From positions 197,829-261,828 of the forward strand of contig CAZMHM010000001.1 of assembly GCA_964566135.1 (NCBI GenBank): DNA of 64,000 nucleotides, given 5' to 3'. A program made the translations under genes and the position numbers. Below the pieces are notes generated by a model. It did no database searches. It was not told where the DNA came from and saw only the letters and a program-made list of their open reading frames with translations. The stretch is from an uncultured Candidatus Saccharibacteria bacterium. GTDB taxonomy: Bacteria; Patescibacteriota; Saccharimonadia; Saccharimonadales; CAIOMD01. Below are positions 63,986-64,000 of the stretch, piece by piece (within the stretch, counting starts at the first letter, position 1; each line of letters opens with the position of its first letter).

Positions 63986-64000
63986 GACGTTGCGATTGCG

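Noticed and set aside
63986-64000. Possible 3' end of an upstream rsmH/mraW-like gene at the right edge.
   Set aside because: Only ~15 nt are available, so nothing can be supported.

Overview
Dense, small-gene bacterial chromosome segment. Baseline GC is about 42-48% in 60-nt lines I hand-counted. TGA is used as a stop codon. The gene content looks like a reduced Patescibacteria/CPR genome (Saccharibacteria-like), but that is an inference from gene content, not a database hit.

Housekeeping genes I recognise from motifs: gltX, pyrD, msrA, rarA, an RsuA/RluB-type pseudouridine synthase, der, pth, an ABC-F ATPase, dprA and topA. There is also a streamlined division/cell-wall cluster (ftsL-like, ftsI-like PBP, mraY, ftsW, murG, ftsQ-like). 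Other content: two histidine-kinase/response-regulator pairs, one tRNA-Glu(UUC), many membrane proteins, and several large secreted or surface proteins with PT-rich linkers.

No rRNA, CRISPR array, transposase or integrase was seen.

Most interesting items:
1. A ~360-nt orphan noncoding transcription unit, bounded by a promoter and a terminator, on the minus strand just upstream of dprA.
2. A ~180-nt promoter-to-terminator unit immediately upstream of a CAP-domain gene.
3. Three short high-GC islets (60-70% GC). Two encode only small multi- or single-TM proteins. One is a 1.1-kb three-gene cassette wedged between dprA and topA and flanked by ~40-bp imperfect direct repeats.
4. A low-GC islet carrying a 542-aa orphan.
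5. A Cys-bracketed ~110-aa module present three times in two secreted proteins.
6. A cluster of three DnaA-box-like sites plus an AT-rich tract in a 620-bp convergent spacer.

All functional calls rest on motifs read by eye from the supplied translations. No searches were run.
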